Below, one piece after another: positions 13,761 through 28,347 of a DNA stretch of 64,000 bases. Each line of letters opens with the position of its first letter. Within the stretch, counting starts at the first letter, position 1. The notes under the pieces were generated by a model. It made no database searches, was not told the origin of the DNA, and saw only the letters and a list, made by a program, of their open reading frames with translations. Position numbers and translations under genes: made by a program. Location: assembly GCA_013265495.1 (NCBI GenBank), contig MU058294.1:1-64000 (forward strand). Reading direction: 5' to 3'. Origin of the DNA: Vicugna vicugna (lineage: Eukaryota).

Positions 13761-15352
13761 TACTTGGGTATTTTCTCACTTTTTTGACTCCATCTTAAAA
13801 ACAAACAAAAAATATATATGTATATATTTGGTGAGTTTCTATTATTTCTCTCCGTATCTTAAGTGGCTGGCGGTCTAAATCTTCCATTTTGTTACCTCTG
13901 CTACTGCTCATACATGGTGACTTATTTTTGCTAGTCCTTGGTTACTTTTGATTGTGAATTTCTTTGTGTCTTACTTTGATAGGTGGGAGTACTGACGGAT
14001 CTGGATTCGAAGCATTCCTCTAGAAGATTATTTACTTGTTTCTACCAGAGACCAGGGCTACTCTTTAATATCTCAGCTTGAGGTGTCCATCACAGGGAGC
14101 GTAAATTTGAATCCCAGTTCTACGTGAGGGCAGATCTTAATTATTAATTTGCAGGTGAGACTTTTTTTGGTGGTGGTCAAATCTAGAACCATGGCCAAGG
14201 AAAGCAGATTTACCTTTTAGTCCCTTATCTAGCAGGAGACCTTTCCCCCATATCATTGTTTTTAAGATCTGGGTTTTATGCGGTGGTCTCAGGTTTTGGT
14301 CTTCACCTTGCACGGTTCTGAAGCTTAACCTTGTTCCCTCATGTGGATATTAACCCACAGAGCTCTTGGTTTCTGTTGGGATTTCTCCCCAAGAAAGTTT
14401 CAGTTTTCAGATTTGCCTGCCACTCCAGTTTCAGTTTTCCTTTCTGTGTTTTGTCTGTTTATATTGTTTTTGTCTCTAGGGATTTTCCCTCACTTTCTTG
14501 AAAACTCAGCAGTAGTTTAAAGATATGTTCATTTTGACATATCCAGCCTTTAGGGGTTTTGCAACACAAGACTACTTTTCATAATAGAAATAGTGTAGCA
14601 TACTGCTAAAAGCAGAGGTTACAATGGGAGACTAGTAGGAATATCAGTATTTTGCAAACCAGTGATGTTTTGCAAAATACTATAAATAATCTAAATGTCT
14701 ATCAACAGCAGAATATATCAATAAATGATACAATTTCTATTGTATGCCAAAATAACCACAGTATCATGAAATGAACAAATTATAGCTAATATATCAGGTT
14801 GAGCATAAAAGTCATAGAATACCAGTAGTATGGTGCTATTTATATAGTGTTCATATTTGGTTATACTACATAGTATTTTACGTAAGAATTCACATATATA
14901 TAGTACAACAGTAACCGAAAGGGAATTAGAAATACAAAATTCAAAATAGTGGTTGACTCTACAGGAAAGTGAGAACAATTTGTTTTAGGAGGGATATTCA
15001 GGAAGCATCAATAATATTTGTAATGTTTTATTTTTTATTAAAAAAATTTTTATTGAGGTATGGTCAGTCTACAATGTTGTGTCAATTTTTGGTGTACAGC
15101 ACAATGCATCATTCATACATGAATATGCATATATTCATTTTCATATTTTTTAAGCTTAGTAATGGATATATGGTGTACATTATTCTTCATACCTTTTTAA
15201 TATATGAATATACAAATGCACAAAAACACACGCTTTTGTATGTATTTCTTAACAAAAAAATACTCTGACTACTAATGAAGCTAAAAGTAGGAAGGTGACC
15301 AGTTAGGATGCTGGGTTAGTAATTCACACATGCGATGATGATAGGTTAGACT

Positions 15353-15565
15353 AGGGGTCAGCAAACTATGTATGGCCTGTGAGCCAGCCGCCTGTTTTTT
15401 GTAAGTAAAGTTTCATGGGAACATAGCCACACCTATTCATTTATATGTTGTCCTTGGCTGCTTTTGTGCGACAGTGGCCAAGTTGAGTAGTTGCAATGGA
15501 GACTGTGGTTTGCAGGCCTAAAATATTTACTCTCTGGCCCTTTAAGAAAAAATTTGCTGACACTT
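15353..15565. mobile_element. MER58A-like hAT MITE
   Basis: Terminal inverted repeats aggggtcagcaaact / aatttgctgacact with a typical interior. Confidence 0.8.
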
Positions 15566-15841
15566 ATGATGTTAACAGTAGAAATGTTGAGAAAATGATT
15601 AGATTCAGGATTTTTTTTTTTAGAAGATTGAGCCAACTGGATCAATAGTAGTTGGATATGTGAGCTTCTGGCAGGGTAGAGAGGGTAGATCTGGGAATCG
15701 TCAGCATACGGATAGTTCATTAAGCTATAGGACTGAATGAAATCACTTAATGAGTTAAATACTGAGAGGAGAAGAGGGTCAAAGACTGTGCTCTGACACC
15801 TTCCTCCACTTAGAAGTCAGGAAAGGAGGATGGCACATTAA

Positions 15842-15948
15842 CTTGACTGATGTCCTGGTTGGCCCAAGTCTGGAGTTTTCCAGGATGTGGGGCTTTTCAG
15901 TGTTAAAACTGGAAAAATCCCAGGCAAACTGAGATGGTTGATTACCCT
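15842..15948. mobile_element. MER81-like hAT MITE
   Basis: gtcctggtt...ttttcagtgttaaaactgg...cccaggcaaactgagatggttgattacccta. Confidence 0.6.
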
Positions 15949-16159
15949 AGATGGTATCTTAAAGGAGAATGAGAAAGACTGGTGAGCAAAGTAGGAAAAT
16001 GACCAAGGTACCTGTGGATGTAACAGTAGATCAACAGTAACTGACCAGCAGACTTAACAAAAGGGAGGGTTTTGGTAGTCTTAGAAAGAGTGGTTTTTCA
16101 GTGGCATTATGAAGTAAAAACTATTCCTGATTGAGATGGCTTTTTCAAAAGTGGAAGAG

Positions 16160-19100
16160 AATTCTGGGAAAATGGTGGAAGTGGATGTATAATGTCTTTG
16201 CTTTCCTTGAATCCTTCCCATCTCCCATCAAACAAAACAAACAAACCAAAGAAGAGAAATTAAGAGAGCAAAATACAAATCCACAGTAACATCTATATCA
16301 AAGGTAAGTGACAAGTCTTCCCCTCAAACCCTAAAAGAAGATTAATTGGGAATAAACTGACAGCCTTAAGACCCTTTTGGTGTCTGCAGCTTTGTGGAAT
16401 GAAGTAGAAGCAAAGCAAGGGACTGTCTGATAGCTCTGAGAAGAGAACCCTCAACTCGTAAATTTACTCACTAGAAAGTACAGCAGGCCAGTTCTGAGAG
16501 CAGCAGCTGGGACCAGAAGGCATCCTCCCGCAGGCAGGTAAATGCAACGTAAACACAGCACAGCTAAAGGTGTTAGAGCAGCCTGGGCCCCACAAACTCT
16601 AGAAACCAAACCACAGGTGCCTTTTAGGACAACACCTACTATTCAGGAGACATTTCTGGTAGTGGAATCCAAATTGAAGAACAGGACAGGGATGATACAG
16701 GCAAAGGAAGTCTAAAAGTGGGAGAGGGGAGCAGAGGAGATTTCAAGATGTTAAAATTTAAGACTACAGTTTTGAGCACTCATAGAAAACCACAGAGAGG
16801 GAGGAGCTCTAATGCTATATGAAGCTATAAAATCTACCCTGGCCCAACTCTTCCTCCTAAGTATAGACTAACACTCATTACAATTAAAAATGAGTAAGAG
16901 AATTAAAATGGAACACTAAAAAGTGTTCAGTTACCATATAATCCAAGAATACTATTTTTTGGTATATACCCAAAAGAACTGACAGCAGGGACCCAAAAAG
17001 GTATTTGTACAACCATGTTCACAACGGCACTATTCACAATAGCTAACGTGTGGCAGCAACCCCGATGTCTGTCAACAAATGAATGAATAAACAAAATGTA
17101 GTATAAACATACAATGAAATATTATTCAGCTTTACAAAGGAAGGAATGTTGACATATACTACAATATGGATGAACCTTGAAGCCATTATGCTAAGTGAAA
17201 TAAGCCAGTAACAAAAAAAAAGACAAACTGAATAATTTTATTTTCTAAGGTATATAGAGTAGTTAGAGATAGAAAGTAGAATGGTGGTTGCCAGGGCTTG
17301 TGGGGAGAAGGAAATGGGAAGTTGTTTAATGGGTATGGAGTTTCAGTTTTGCAAGATGAAAAAGTTCTGGAGACTTGCTGCACAACAATGTGAATGTATA
17401 CTTAAAACTGTGAATGTACGCTTAAAAGTGGTTAAGACGGTGAATTTTATGTTATGTATATTTTACCACCATTAAAAAGAAAAGGGTAATGGGCCAAAAG
17501 AAGGTATCAGTGCAGATGAAGGCAGGAAATTGGAAAGAGGAAGGAAAAACAGGATGCACATAGAAAATAAGTAATAAAATAGTGCACCTGAATCCAAACA
17601 TATCAATAATTACATTAAATGCAAACAGACTAATAAGTACACCAATGAAAAGACACAGAATGTCCAAATGGATAAAAATACATGACTGAAGGATATGCTA
17701 TCTATGAGAAACTCACTTCAAATATAGGTAGATTAAAAGTAAAAGGATAGAAAAATATACTATGCAAACAGTAATAAAAAAAACTTGAATGGTTATATTA
17801 ACAGGAAACAAAGGCTAGAGAGCAAAGAAAATTCCAGGGATAAAGAAGGATATTACATAGTGATGAAAGCATCAATTCACTGAGAAGACCTAATCCTCAA
17901 CGTGTATGTACCTAACAAGACAGCTCCAAGATATATGAAACAAAAACTGGCAGAGATGAAAGGAGAAATAGGTAAATCCACAATTTTATATAGACTTCAA
18001 CATGAGTTTCTCAGTAATTGATAGAATTAGTAGACAGAAAATTAGCAAGTATATGGAAGAACTAAATAACACAATTATGCAAAAGGATATAATCAACATT
18101 TATAGTATACTTTAGCCAACAGTACTAGAATACACTCTCTTTTCAAGTGTGCAAAGAACATTCACCGAAACAGACCATATCGTGGAGCATAAAACAAACT
18201 TTAAAAGAATTGAGACCATATAATTTCTTTGACGTAATGGGATTAAACAAGAAATCAATTTACAAAGAGGAAAACCTCCAAACACTTTGAAATGAAACAG
18301 CACACCTCTAAATAACCTGTAAATTAGAGGAAGACTTGAACAGAACTTCATCAAAGAGGATGCAAGGATGGCAAATAAACACATGAAAAGGTGTTCAACA
18401 TTACTCACCATTGGGAAAATGTGTATTAAAACCATGATGAGATACTATTACACACCTATTAGAATGGCTAAAATAAAATATATTGCCAGTGCCAGGTGCT
18501 GGCAAGGATACTGAGCAACTGGAACTCTCATACTTTGTTGGAAAGGATGCAAAATGGTACAGACACGTTGGAAAAGAGTTTGGCAATTTCTTACAAAGTT
18601 AAACAACAGTCCTACTTCTATTTACTCTATAGAAATGATAACTTATATTCACACAAAAGCCTATACATGGACATTTGTGGTAGCTCTGTTTATGATTGCC
18701 CAAAATTGAAAACACCCCAAATGTCCTTCAACATATGAATGGCATACCCATACAGTGGAATAGTACTCAGCAATAAAAGGGAATGAACTATAAGTACATG
18801 AAGGAACTTGGCGTGGATCTCAAGGGCATTAAGCTGAATGGGAAGAAAATCTCTAAAGGTTACATACTTTGTAATTTCATTTATATAACAATCTGAAAAT
18901 GAAAAAAAGATTGTAGAGATGGAGAACAGATCAGTGTTTACCAGAGATTAGGGACTAGGGGGGGAAGGGAGTATAAAATGATAGCCACGGGAATTTTCGG
19001 AGGGTGATAGAACTATTCTGTATCATTATTGTGGTCATGTGAATCTCTACATGTATTAAAATTCATAGAACTGTGCACAAGAAAACTTTGTTGTATGTTA

Positions 19101-21080
19101 ATTTAAACAGCTTAAATATAAGTAATAGGAAAATACTGGTTTAACCTTACACAGACTTAAAAGAAAGTAAAGAATAAAACATTCCTATAAACAGTGAAAG
19201 GCATACCAGCAAGCCATATCAACAAACCATCATAATGTTTCAAAACTAGCTAAAAATCTCAGAAAACGGTAGATACTCTAAAAGAACAATATAACAGAAT
19301 TAGAAAAACTCAGATATGAGGCAATTGGAGAAGTTTGAAAAGATGGTGACAGAATCAGGAAGCAATTAGAAATAAAACAAAAAATTTCAGAGGTGAAGAC
19401 CAAACTAGAAGGAAAATAAAAATTAAAATGTGTGACAGGTAATGCCTTGGGAGAAATAGGAGATGGAAAGGAAAAAATTTCAAAATCAAGAACAAAGGAA
19501 GGAGGAGAAAAAAGGGGTTAGAGAGAATGATAGATACAGAAGATAGGCAGGGAAGACCAAGATCTTCATTAAAGAGGTCCAACAAGAGTGCAATGAAACA
19601 GAACAATCACCAAAAATGATTAAAGAGAACTAAAACTAAGAACAAAGAACTGATGCTGTATTTTAAAAAAGAACACCATGTGTCCAGGAAAATCTTAACT
19701 TTGTCATGCAAGCATAAAGACCAAGTCACTTGAAAGGAAAATCAGATTATCTGGCCTTTCTACCACAAAGCTTTACTCTGGAAGACAATGTCTATTTTTC
19801 TATTTAAGTTATACAAAGATATACATTTTGAACTAAGAATTTGATACCTAGCCAAGTTGTTATATATATGCAGAGGCTCAGGGAGTATTATTCCCCTAAC
19901 CCTTTCCCAAGGACTCAACCAGAAAACAAGCTTCAGACAATGGAAGTAGAGAGACATCAACCTAGGACTGGAGTGAGCATTAAGTATATAATAACCTGTA
20001 TCTCTAATACCAAGTGGTGGTATTAAGGGAGAGAGTATAGTATTATTACTTATATTGTGTAGTAGATATATGTGGTTATAATTCTCCAAGCAGGATGAGA
20101 ACGGGGAGGGGGGAATACGAAAGGTACAATAAGCTTGTAAATTGCCTTATAGATATTAACAGGGAGTAAATCTTTCAAATCAGAGGAAGGAAGGAGAAGT
20201 TAATAATTATTTTTAATATTTCTCATATTAGGAAACCAATAGGTAATAGCAAAAGAGGAGGAGGACAACTGTTATTATATAAATATATTAGGCTAAAACT
20301 AACCATTAGGTAAAAATGTAAACTTGTCTAAATATAAAAAGATATGCCCCCAAGTAGAGAATAATTTAAATGTTATACATAGTGAAAGACTGTGTAGATA
20401 AAACACATGGATGTGTGCATGTTCGAGTGTTTATGTATCATAAATCAAAATTAGAGAACTAAGGCTAAACACTGATTATTATATTAAAATATGCTGTTAT
20501 TTATCTAAACAGTTTTTAAAACTAAGGCAATAAATATTCTAATGACAAAATAGAACAGTTAGATTTAATTATCTATAGGACACTACATCTAAAAAAAAAC
20601 TAGAATACACATCCTTTTCAAGCACACATGGAACCTTTTCTAGAATTGACCATATACTAGGACACAGAATAAGACTCAAAAAATTTAAGAGGATAGAAAT
20701 TATTTCAAGCATCATTGATTGATCTTTTCAAATGACATGAAAGTAGAAATCAACCACAGAAAGAAAAATTAGAGGAAAAAATGATTACATGGAGACTAAA
20801 CAACATGCTACAAAAAAACCAATGTGTCAATGAGGAAATCAGAAAGTACCTTGAGACAAATGACAATGAAAACACAACCATACAAAAAATCTATAGGATA
20901 GAGCAAAAGCAGTCCTAAAAGGGAAGTTCATAGTGATACAGGCTTTCCTCACAAAATAAGAAAAATCTCAAATCAACAACCTAATGTACTATCACCTAAA
21001 AGAACAGAAAAAGAAGAACAAACAAAACCTAGTCATCAGAAGGAAGGAAATAATAAAGATCAGAGAGGAAATGAAATAGA
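16160..21080 (+). mobile_element. Mosaic of old sense-strand L1 fragments
   Basis: 3'UTR pieces (16940-17480, 18330-19110), endonuclease-region pieces (17570-18320, 20545-21080) and an ORF1-like A-rich tract. Confidence 0.7.
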
Positions 21081-21936
21081 GATAAAGTGTTTAATTGTTA
21101 TCTACAAGGAGAGGGAAAGCAATAGAATGAAGAGTACTTCTTTCACTATACTTTTTGGTAGATTTGAGTTGGGAACTGTACAAATATCATACACAATTAT
21201 AAAACAATATGAACTTTAGAAAAACCCCCAAAGAAAAAGGAAACAATTCAATCTAAATGTGTATCCATTGGTTATACATCCTAAGAAAAAGACACTACAA
21301 AAAAACACCCTAACATTGTTTTTAGTAACATATTAGTGGTAGCAGTGTTGATATTGTTATGCTGAGACTGTGGCATAAAATAAATGAGCAATTTAGCTGG
21401 AGTCTTGAAAACTGAGACTTTCAGTATGGGAAAAAGGAAATAGATATAAGATTGATAACATTAAGTAAAAACCCTGCAGTCCCGAAGATGAACTGGAAGG
21501 ATTACTTTGAACTCAAGCTGTATTTTATCTTTAGTTATATATCTTATAGATTAAGAGTCTTACAGATAGTGACCAGTCTCATATGTAGTCCTCACATGGA
21601 TCCTGATTCAAACTAAAAAATACACATTTATAATTAGACAATTGGGGAAATAGGATATTTGACCTTAGAGAATTACTGTTAAATTTTAGGTGTGACTACT
21701 GCATTGTTATGTTTTTGCAAAAATGTCCTGGTCTTAGAGATTCATGTGGAAATACCTACAGATAAAATTATAAGATGCCTCAATTAATCTACGGAGTTAG
21801 CTACAAGAAGTGGGTTAATCAACAAGATTGTAAGTTGAGAATTGTTGAAACTGAGTGACTGTCATATCGGGCACATTTTTCCACTTTCTTAAGTTTACAT
21901 TTTTCTATGGAAAACTATTTTAATGCAAAAAAAAAT

Positions 21937-23814
21937 GGGAAGCAAGAGAGAAGAAAGATGGCGGAGTATAAGGACACTTGTAGCTCACCTTCTCCCACAA
22001 ATACACCAAAACTCACATCTACGGACCCACTCAGCCAACCAGAGCACCTGCCGAACTCCAACAGAACATCGCCCTCTTCAAAAGACAAAGACGCCAAAAA
22101 TCTGGTAGGAGAAAAGGAAAAAAGAAAGAATTAAAAACAAAACAGTGTGGGACCGGTCCTGCGGGGAGGGAGTAGCAAAGGATGAATAGCGCTCGTTCAC
22201 TGAGTCTCCCCCCTCCAATGGAGAGGCCAACGGGACGGAGGGGGAGCCTCCAATACACAAATCTGCCCCAAGCATCCCTTGACCGACATAACTCAGTTAA
22301 ACGGGTACAAAGGGTCCCCGTGACACCGAGCCCGAGACGTGAGCCAGCAGGTGGGGGCCAGGACAGGCTGCCTGAGCCAGGTGGAGGACTGGGGCGGCAG
22401 CACTGAGGCAGCCCCGGGGACTGCAGGGTGCTGCGTGCTGTGGCTGGGAGGGTATATGGAGCAGAACAACCTTGGTCCCCCATAAATTGTGAAAAAGCAA
22501 AGCAACAAGGCTGGTGTGCCCTGGGAGGAGGGGCACCGTAGCCTTCGTCTCCTCAGACCTGTGGCGCCATTGCTGGCACTTCTCTTGAGAAGAGAGGCGG
22601 GGTGCAACCACAGCTGCCATCTCCTCCTGTGCGCAGTGCCCAGGCAGGGGTGGGGCTGAGACCTGAGTCCGCACCCAGGGGCTCTGCAACCTCCTAGGGA
22701 GGACTGAGACTTGTTTACAGCCCAAGGCAGATAGCATCTTTCTGCCCTGGCACCTCAGAGAACTTGTGCTCCCAAGACAAACAAGGAGCTGAGATATGGC
22801 ACAGAGCAGGGGCGGGGCTATTCCACAGTCTTCCCCGAGCCCGCCTACGGAGTGCCAACCTGAGGCGGAGCAGGCAGCTGCACAGAGCAGTGGAGTGACT
22901 GAAGCCAGGAGAGGGCGGGTGGCCACCTGCCTTCCTGGCAGGAACGCAGCACCTGACCACGGTGCTTGGAGGGGGCGTGATCTGCCCACTCGCCCGAGCA
23001 CAGCATCTGACTGCAAAACCGGGAGGGGCAGTGACCCGCCCACCCACTGGCCACAGTGTCAGAGAGATATGAGCAATATGAAGAAGCAGAGGAACCACTC
23101 CCAATTAAAAGATCAAGAGAAATCCCCTGAAAGCACAATCAAGGAAATAGACATTGATGGCCTACTAGATCAAGATTTCAAAAAAGGAGTGATCAAAAGT
23201 ACTGAAGGAACTAAAAGAAATAGTGTTTAGAGATACAAAATATGTCAAAAATAAAATAGAAGCTATAAAGAAGAACCAAGTAGAATTAGTAAACTCATTT
23301 GCTGAAATGAGAACTGACCTAAAGGCTGTGCAAAGCAGAACTAGATAATGGAACGAGTAAGTGACCTAGAAGACAGGACAACAGAAAGCACCCAATCAGA
23401 ACAGCTGAGAGAAAAACAAATAAAAAACAATGAAAACAATATAAGGGACATATGGGATAATATAAAGTGTGCCAATCTACACATACTAGGGGTTCCAGAA
23501 GGGGAAGAAAGAACAAAGGGGATTGAAAAGGTATTTGAAGAAACCATGTCTGAAAACTTCCCAAACCTAAAGAAGGAATCAGATACCCAAGTACAGGAGG
23601 CTCAGAGGGTCCCAAACAGGAAGAACCCAAACAGACCCACACCAAGACATATCATAATCAAGATGGCCAGAGCCAAGGATAAAGAAATGATCCTAAAGGC
23701 AGCAAGAGAAAAACAAAGAGTGAGTTACAAGGGAACCCCCATAAGACTTTCAGCTGGTTTCTCTACACAAACACTACAGGCCAGAAGGGAGTGGCAAGAT
23801 ATATTCAAAGTCCT
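21937..23814 (+). mobile_element. L1 5' portion: CpG-rich 5'UTR + frameshifted, 3'-truncated ORF1
   Basis: YY1-type aagatggcgg at 21955; ORF1 ATG at 23069; ORF1 motifs NLHILGVPEGEE, ENFPNL, PRHIIIKM and YKGTPIRLSA. Confidence 0.92.
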
Positions 23815-25261
23815 CCATTTCCTTCAGTTTCCATCCAGCATACCCTTTGTTATAGAGTTCCTAGCGCTCCAATCTACCTGCCTTATTCTACCAAAGAGTT
23901 GGTGATCCTAGTCTCCCAACATTCTCAAGTCCCTTTCCTTAACATCACGTAGCCCTTTTATTATGCTTCAGTCCTGTGATGATGCCTGGAGAAAAAAAAA
24001 ATACAGTTTTTTCGTAAGTACAAATACAGTGGTCTTGGACATAAAGGAGGGAAGGGAAGTCCTGCGAAAGGGCCTGGAGGGACAAAATAGATTGAGTATT
24101 GGAAGAAAGGCTGAGTAATACTACAAATTCAAGTGAAGATTAAGAAAAAAGTCACCATGCTATAGTAATTGAAATAGAGAAAAAGGAAAAGACAGTCATA
24201 ATTAGACATAAATGGTAGTGAGCACTGGTAGAAGTAAAGGGAGAAACAACTGGATGGATGGGTGGTTAGGTATATATAATATCATTTTTCTATTTGCACC
24301 ATTTAATAATCTAGTTTTGGTTGTGATTTTGTTTTAGTTTCTGAAGGAAGTGATGAAGTAAGGGACATATCCTTTAGTGATGTGAGAGATTAAAATCAGG
24401 GACAGATGTGTAGAACTACTCTATAACTATAAGCACAAATGATCATTACAATTCTTAAGTGCCTCCCTACTTCCATGTCTGCATAGTATTTCCTATCATC
24501 CTTATAGTAATCTTTTTTCATTAATCCAGTGACTCATTCATTAAACAATTATCTATGGAACAACTTTTATGAATAAAACGTTGGTTATTTTGTGTTGAAT
24601 GAAACAGCCATTGTTCCTGACCCTTAAGAGCTTTGACGGTAAGAAAAAAAAAAAGATCACATACGACTAAGTAAGTGATTGTATAATTCTAAAATCCTGA
24701 AAGCTGCAGTGAGAAAATACTATGATGAGACAGAGAATGAAGTGAATTTAAATAGTGTTGTCTAGCTCACACTTTTTAAGGAAGTGAAGTTTTACCTGAG
24801 ACTTACAGCATGATATGAAGCCAGCCATGCAAAGAACTAAGTTTACAGAATTTCTAGAAGATTGAACAGTCTGGAAAATTTTGAAAAGGTAACGGACTGG
24901 GCTTATTATGAATATTTCACACATAATGAACAGTGGAGAAAAGTGAGTTGAGAAGATGTTGGATAGGATTTTTGGTTGAGATACATCAAAGAAAAGATTA
25001 TGGAGAATCTCATAAACTGTGATAAGGAGTCTGGATTTTATTCTGGTGCAGTTGGAAACCACTGCAAAATTTTAGGGAGGATTGTTAACTTTTGTACAAC
25101 ACAAGAATTGGCTGGTTGAATGTCTTAAAAATAGGAAACCCAAGACATATTGGTGTAAATTCTTATTTACTTGATGTGAGGTGGTGCACTGACATCCAGT
25201 CTTTTAATAGACCATTCAGGTGATTCTTGTCTACACCTGAATTTGGAAACTACTGACTTAA

Positions 25262-26494
<1,233 letters not shown>

Positions 26495-26780
26495 TTTTGC
26501 TACTTATTTGTCATGGATCATGAGTCAAATATAGTGGATGTGTCAATTCCTTTTACCTGATGTTCAATTTGTTCAGAACCAGAAAATTGATACTGAAAAA
26601 AACTGATAATGTAGAAGAGTTTTCTATCATGACTCAAACCTTATTAAAATTCTACACATTCATACAAGAGAATGTGGTGAATGAGAAAATTTACTACTTA
26701 TGTGAAATTAGGCAAACTACTTAACTTCCTTGTGCTTAATTTTACTAAATGGTAAACTATTGACAGTAATAGTATCTATC

Positions 26781-27158
26781 TGTAATAAAGAGCCTGACTC
26801 AAGTTTTGACATTTGGATGACCACTGATTTCTTTCGAGCCTCATCTTCCTATCCACTTTGGCCCTACATCTAAAAAGGCTGACAAGAAAGCCTATGTGTA
26901 CCTCATCCTTTGGGGCCAGTGGGAAATTTAAATTTTGCAAATTCCATCCTACATCCAGTCCTACCCACTGTTGAAACGCCGATCTGTTCTCTCTGTCTTG
27001 CTCAAGCCCCTCCAGACCTGCTTGTGCAGACAGAGCTCACTCTGCCCAGGAGGCCCTTTTGTAACAAACTTTCAAAATCTGTTGGTGTGTGGTGTCAGCC
27101 TCAAAATTCAAGGTAAAATTGAGAGGGAGGTTAATCCCAACTCCATGGAGTGACCACA
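26781..27158 (+). mobile_element. ERVL-class LTR (MER73/MER54-like), 5' LTR of ERV relic A
   Basis: TG...CA ends (tgtaataaagagcctgactc...gtgaccaca), followed by a PBS-like sequence and pol. Family name from recall. Confidence 0.65.
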
Positions 27159-27161
27159 AGT

Positions 27162-27179
27162 TTGTGTAGCTGGCAGCAC
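27162..27179 (+). other. Degenerate tRNA-Ser primer binding site of ERV A
   Basis: ttgtgtagctggcagcac vs TGGCGTAGTCGGCAGGAT (12/18), 3 nt after the LTR end. Confidence 0.5.
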
Positions 27180-27979
27180 AGTCTCTAGGCTGTGATCACC
27201 ACTGTCTTGAGATCTTTCTTCTCTTGCTCTTTGCTTACTAACTGGGTACAAACCATTTTAAATAGTGTGGGAGATGGTTCTGCTGCTCTTGAGTTGTGCT
27301 GCTCTGTGCTACATTTGCTGTGTCCTACAGAGCCCTGGTTATAGATTTAATCAACTTAAGTCAAAAGTTCTGATAATTATTTTTTAGAGATGGGGTAGCA
27401 TGATGGGGACCCTCCTTAAGGTGGCTCTTGGCCTGGATACATCTCTATGGGCCTTAGAATTGTGTGTCTCAGTTCCACCGTAAGCTATGACTGATGCTAG
27501 GCTCAGGGAAATGACTCAGCCAGGGACTGCTGGTCATGTGTCTCAACTAGGCATTGGCCTCTGCTCTATAGAAATGTTCAGAGTACAGTAACTTTGCCTC
27601 ATTTTCCAGTGGCCATATCTCACACCTTCTTTGGATTTTCCATTTTCAGGATGGATGCTCTTACCTGTTGAGTGGCCATTAGAATAAAATTAAAACCCTG
27701 GCCCTTAGTGTTGGTCTTATAAAATGGGACCTTGTGGATCCATCCCAACCCATTACAATTGTTGATATGGCCAGTATAAACTGAAACAGGGCCTTTACAG
27801 GTTGAGGTCCATTATACATAACCTATTAAGAGAAGAGGTGATTATCCCTACTCCTCCATTTTACAGCCCAGTCTGGCCTGTCTTAAACTTGGAAAGAATG
27901 AATGGTACATTACAGTGGATTATTACAACCTTAATGCCCCATCCATTAAAATAGGACCTAACAAAACTGAAATGACCAA

Positions 27980-28178
27980 AGGTACAAGCTCTCAGTTGTA
28001 AGATGAGTGAGTTCTGGGGATCTAATGTATAGCACGGTGACCACAGTTAGTAATATGTTATTGTATACTTGAAATTCGCTAAGACACTAAATCGTAAGTG
28101 TTCTCACCACATACACACACAAAAAGATAACTATATGTGATGATGTATGTGTTAACCTGGTTGTGGGGACCATTGCTT

Positions 28179-28218
<40 letters not shown>

Positions 28219-28347
28219 AATATATATATGTGTGTGTGTGTATATATATGTATATAACCACATGTATATATATAATCATGTTGTATACTTTAAATATATA
28301 CAATTTTACTTGTCAATTATACCTTAATAAAGCTGGGGTAGGGAGAA
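27980..28347 (+). mobile_element. L1 3' end fragment inserted in the RT of ERV A, containing a (TCTA)n microsatellite
   Basis: L1 3'UTR sequence ending aataaagct; TSD gaaatgaccaa at 27969-27979 and 28348-28358. Confidence 0.85.
28179..28217. repeat. (TCTA)n microsatellite; (TG/CA)n tracts also near 1730, 41143, 42684, 45329 and 47465
   Basis: Direct reading. Confidence 0.95.

Noticed and set aside
21907..23138. Many overlapping ORFs up to 248 aa and a CpG-island-like tract
   Set aside because: GC-rich L1 5'UTR, stop-poor by composition; not a host gene.
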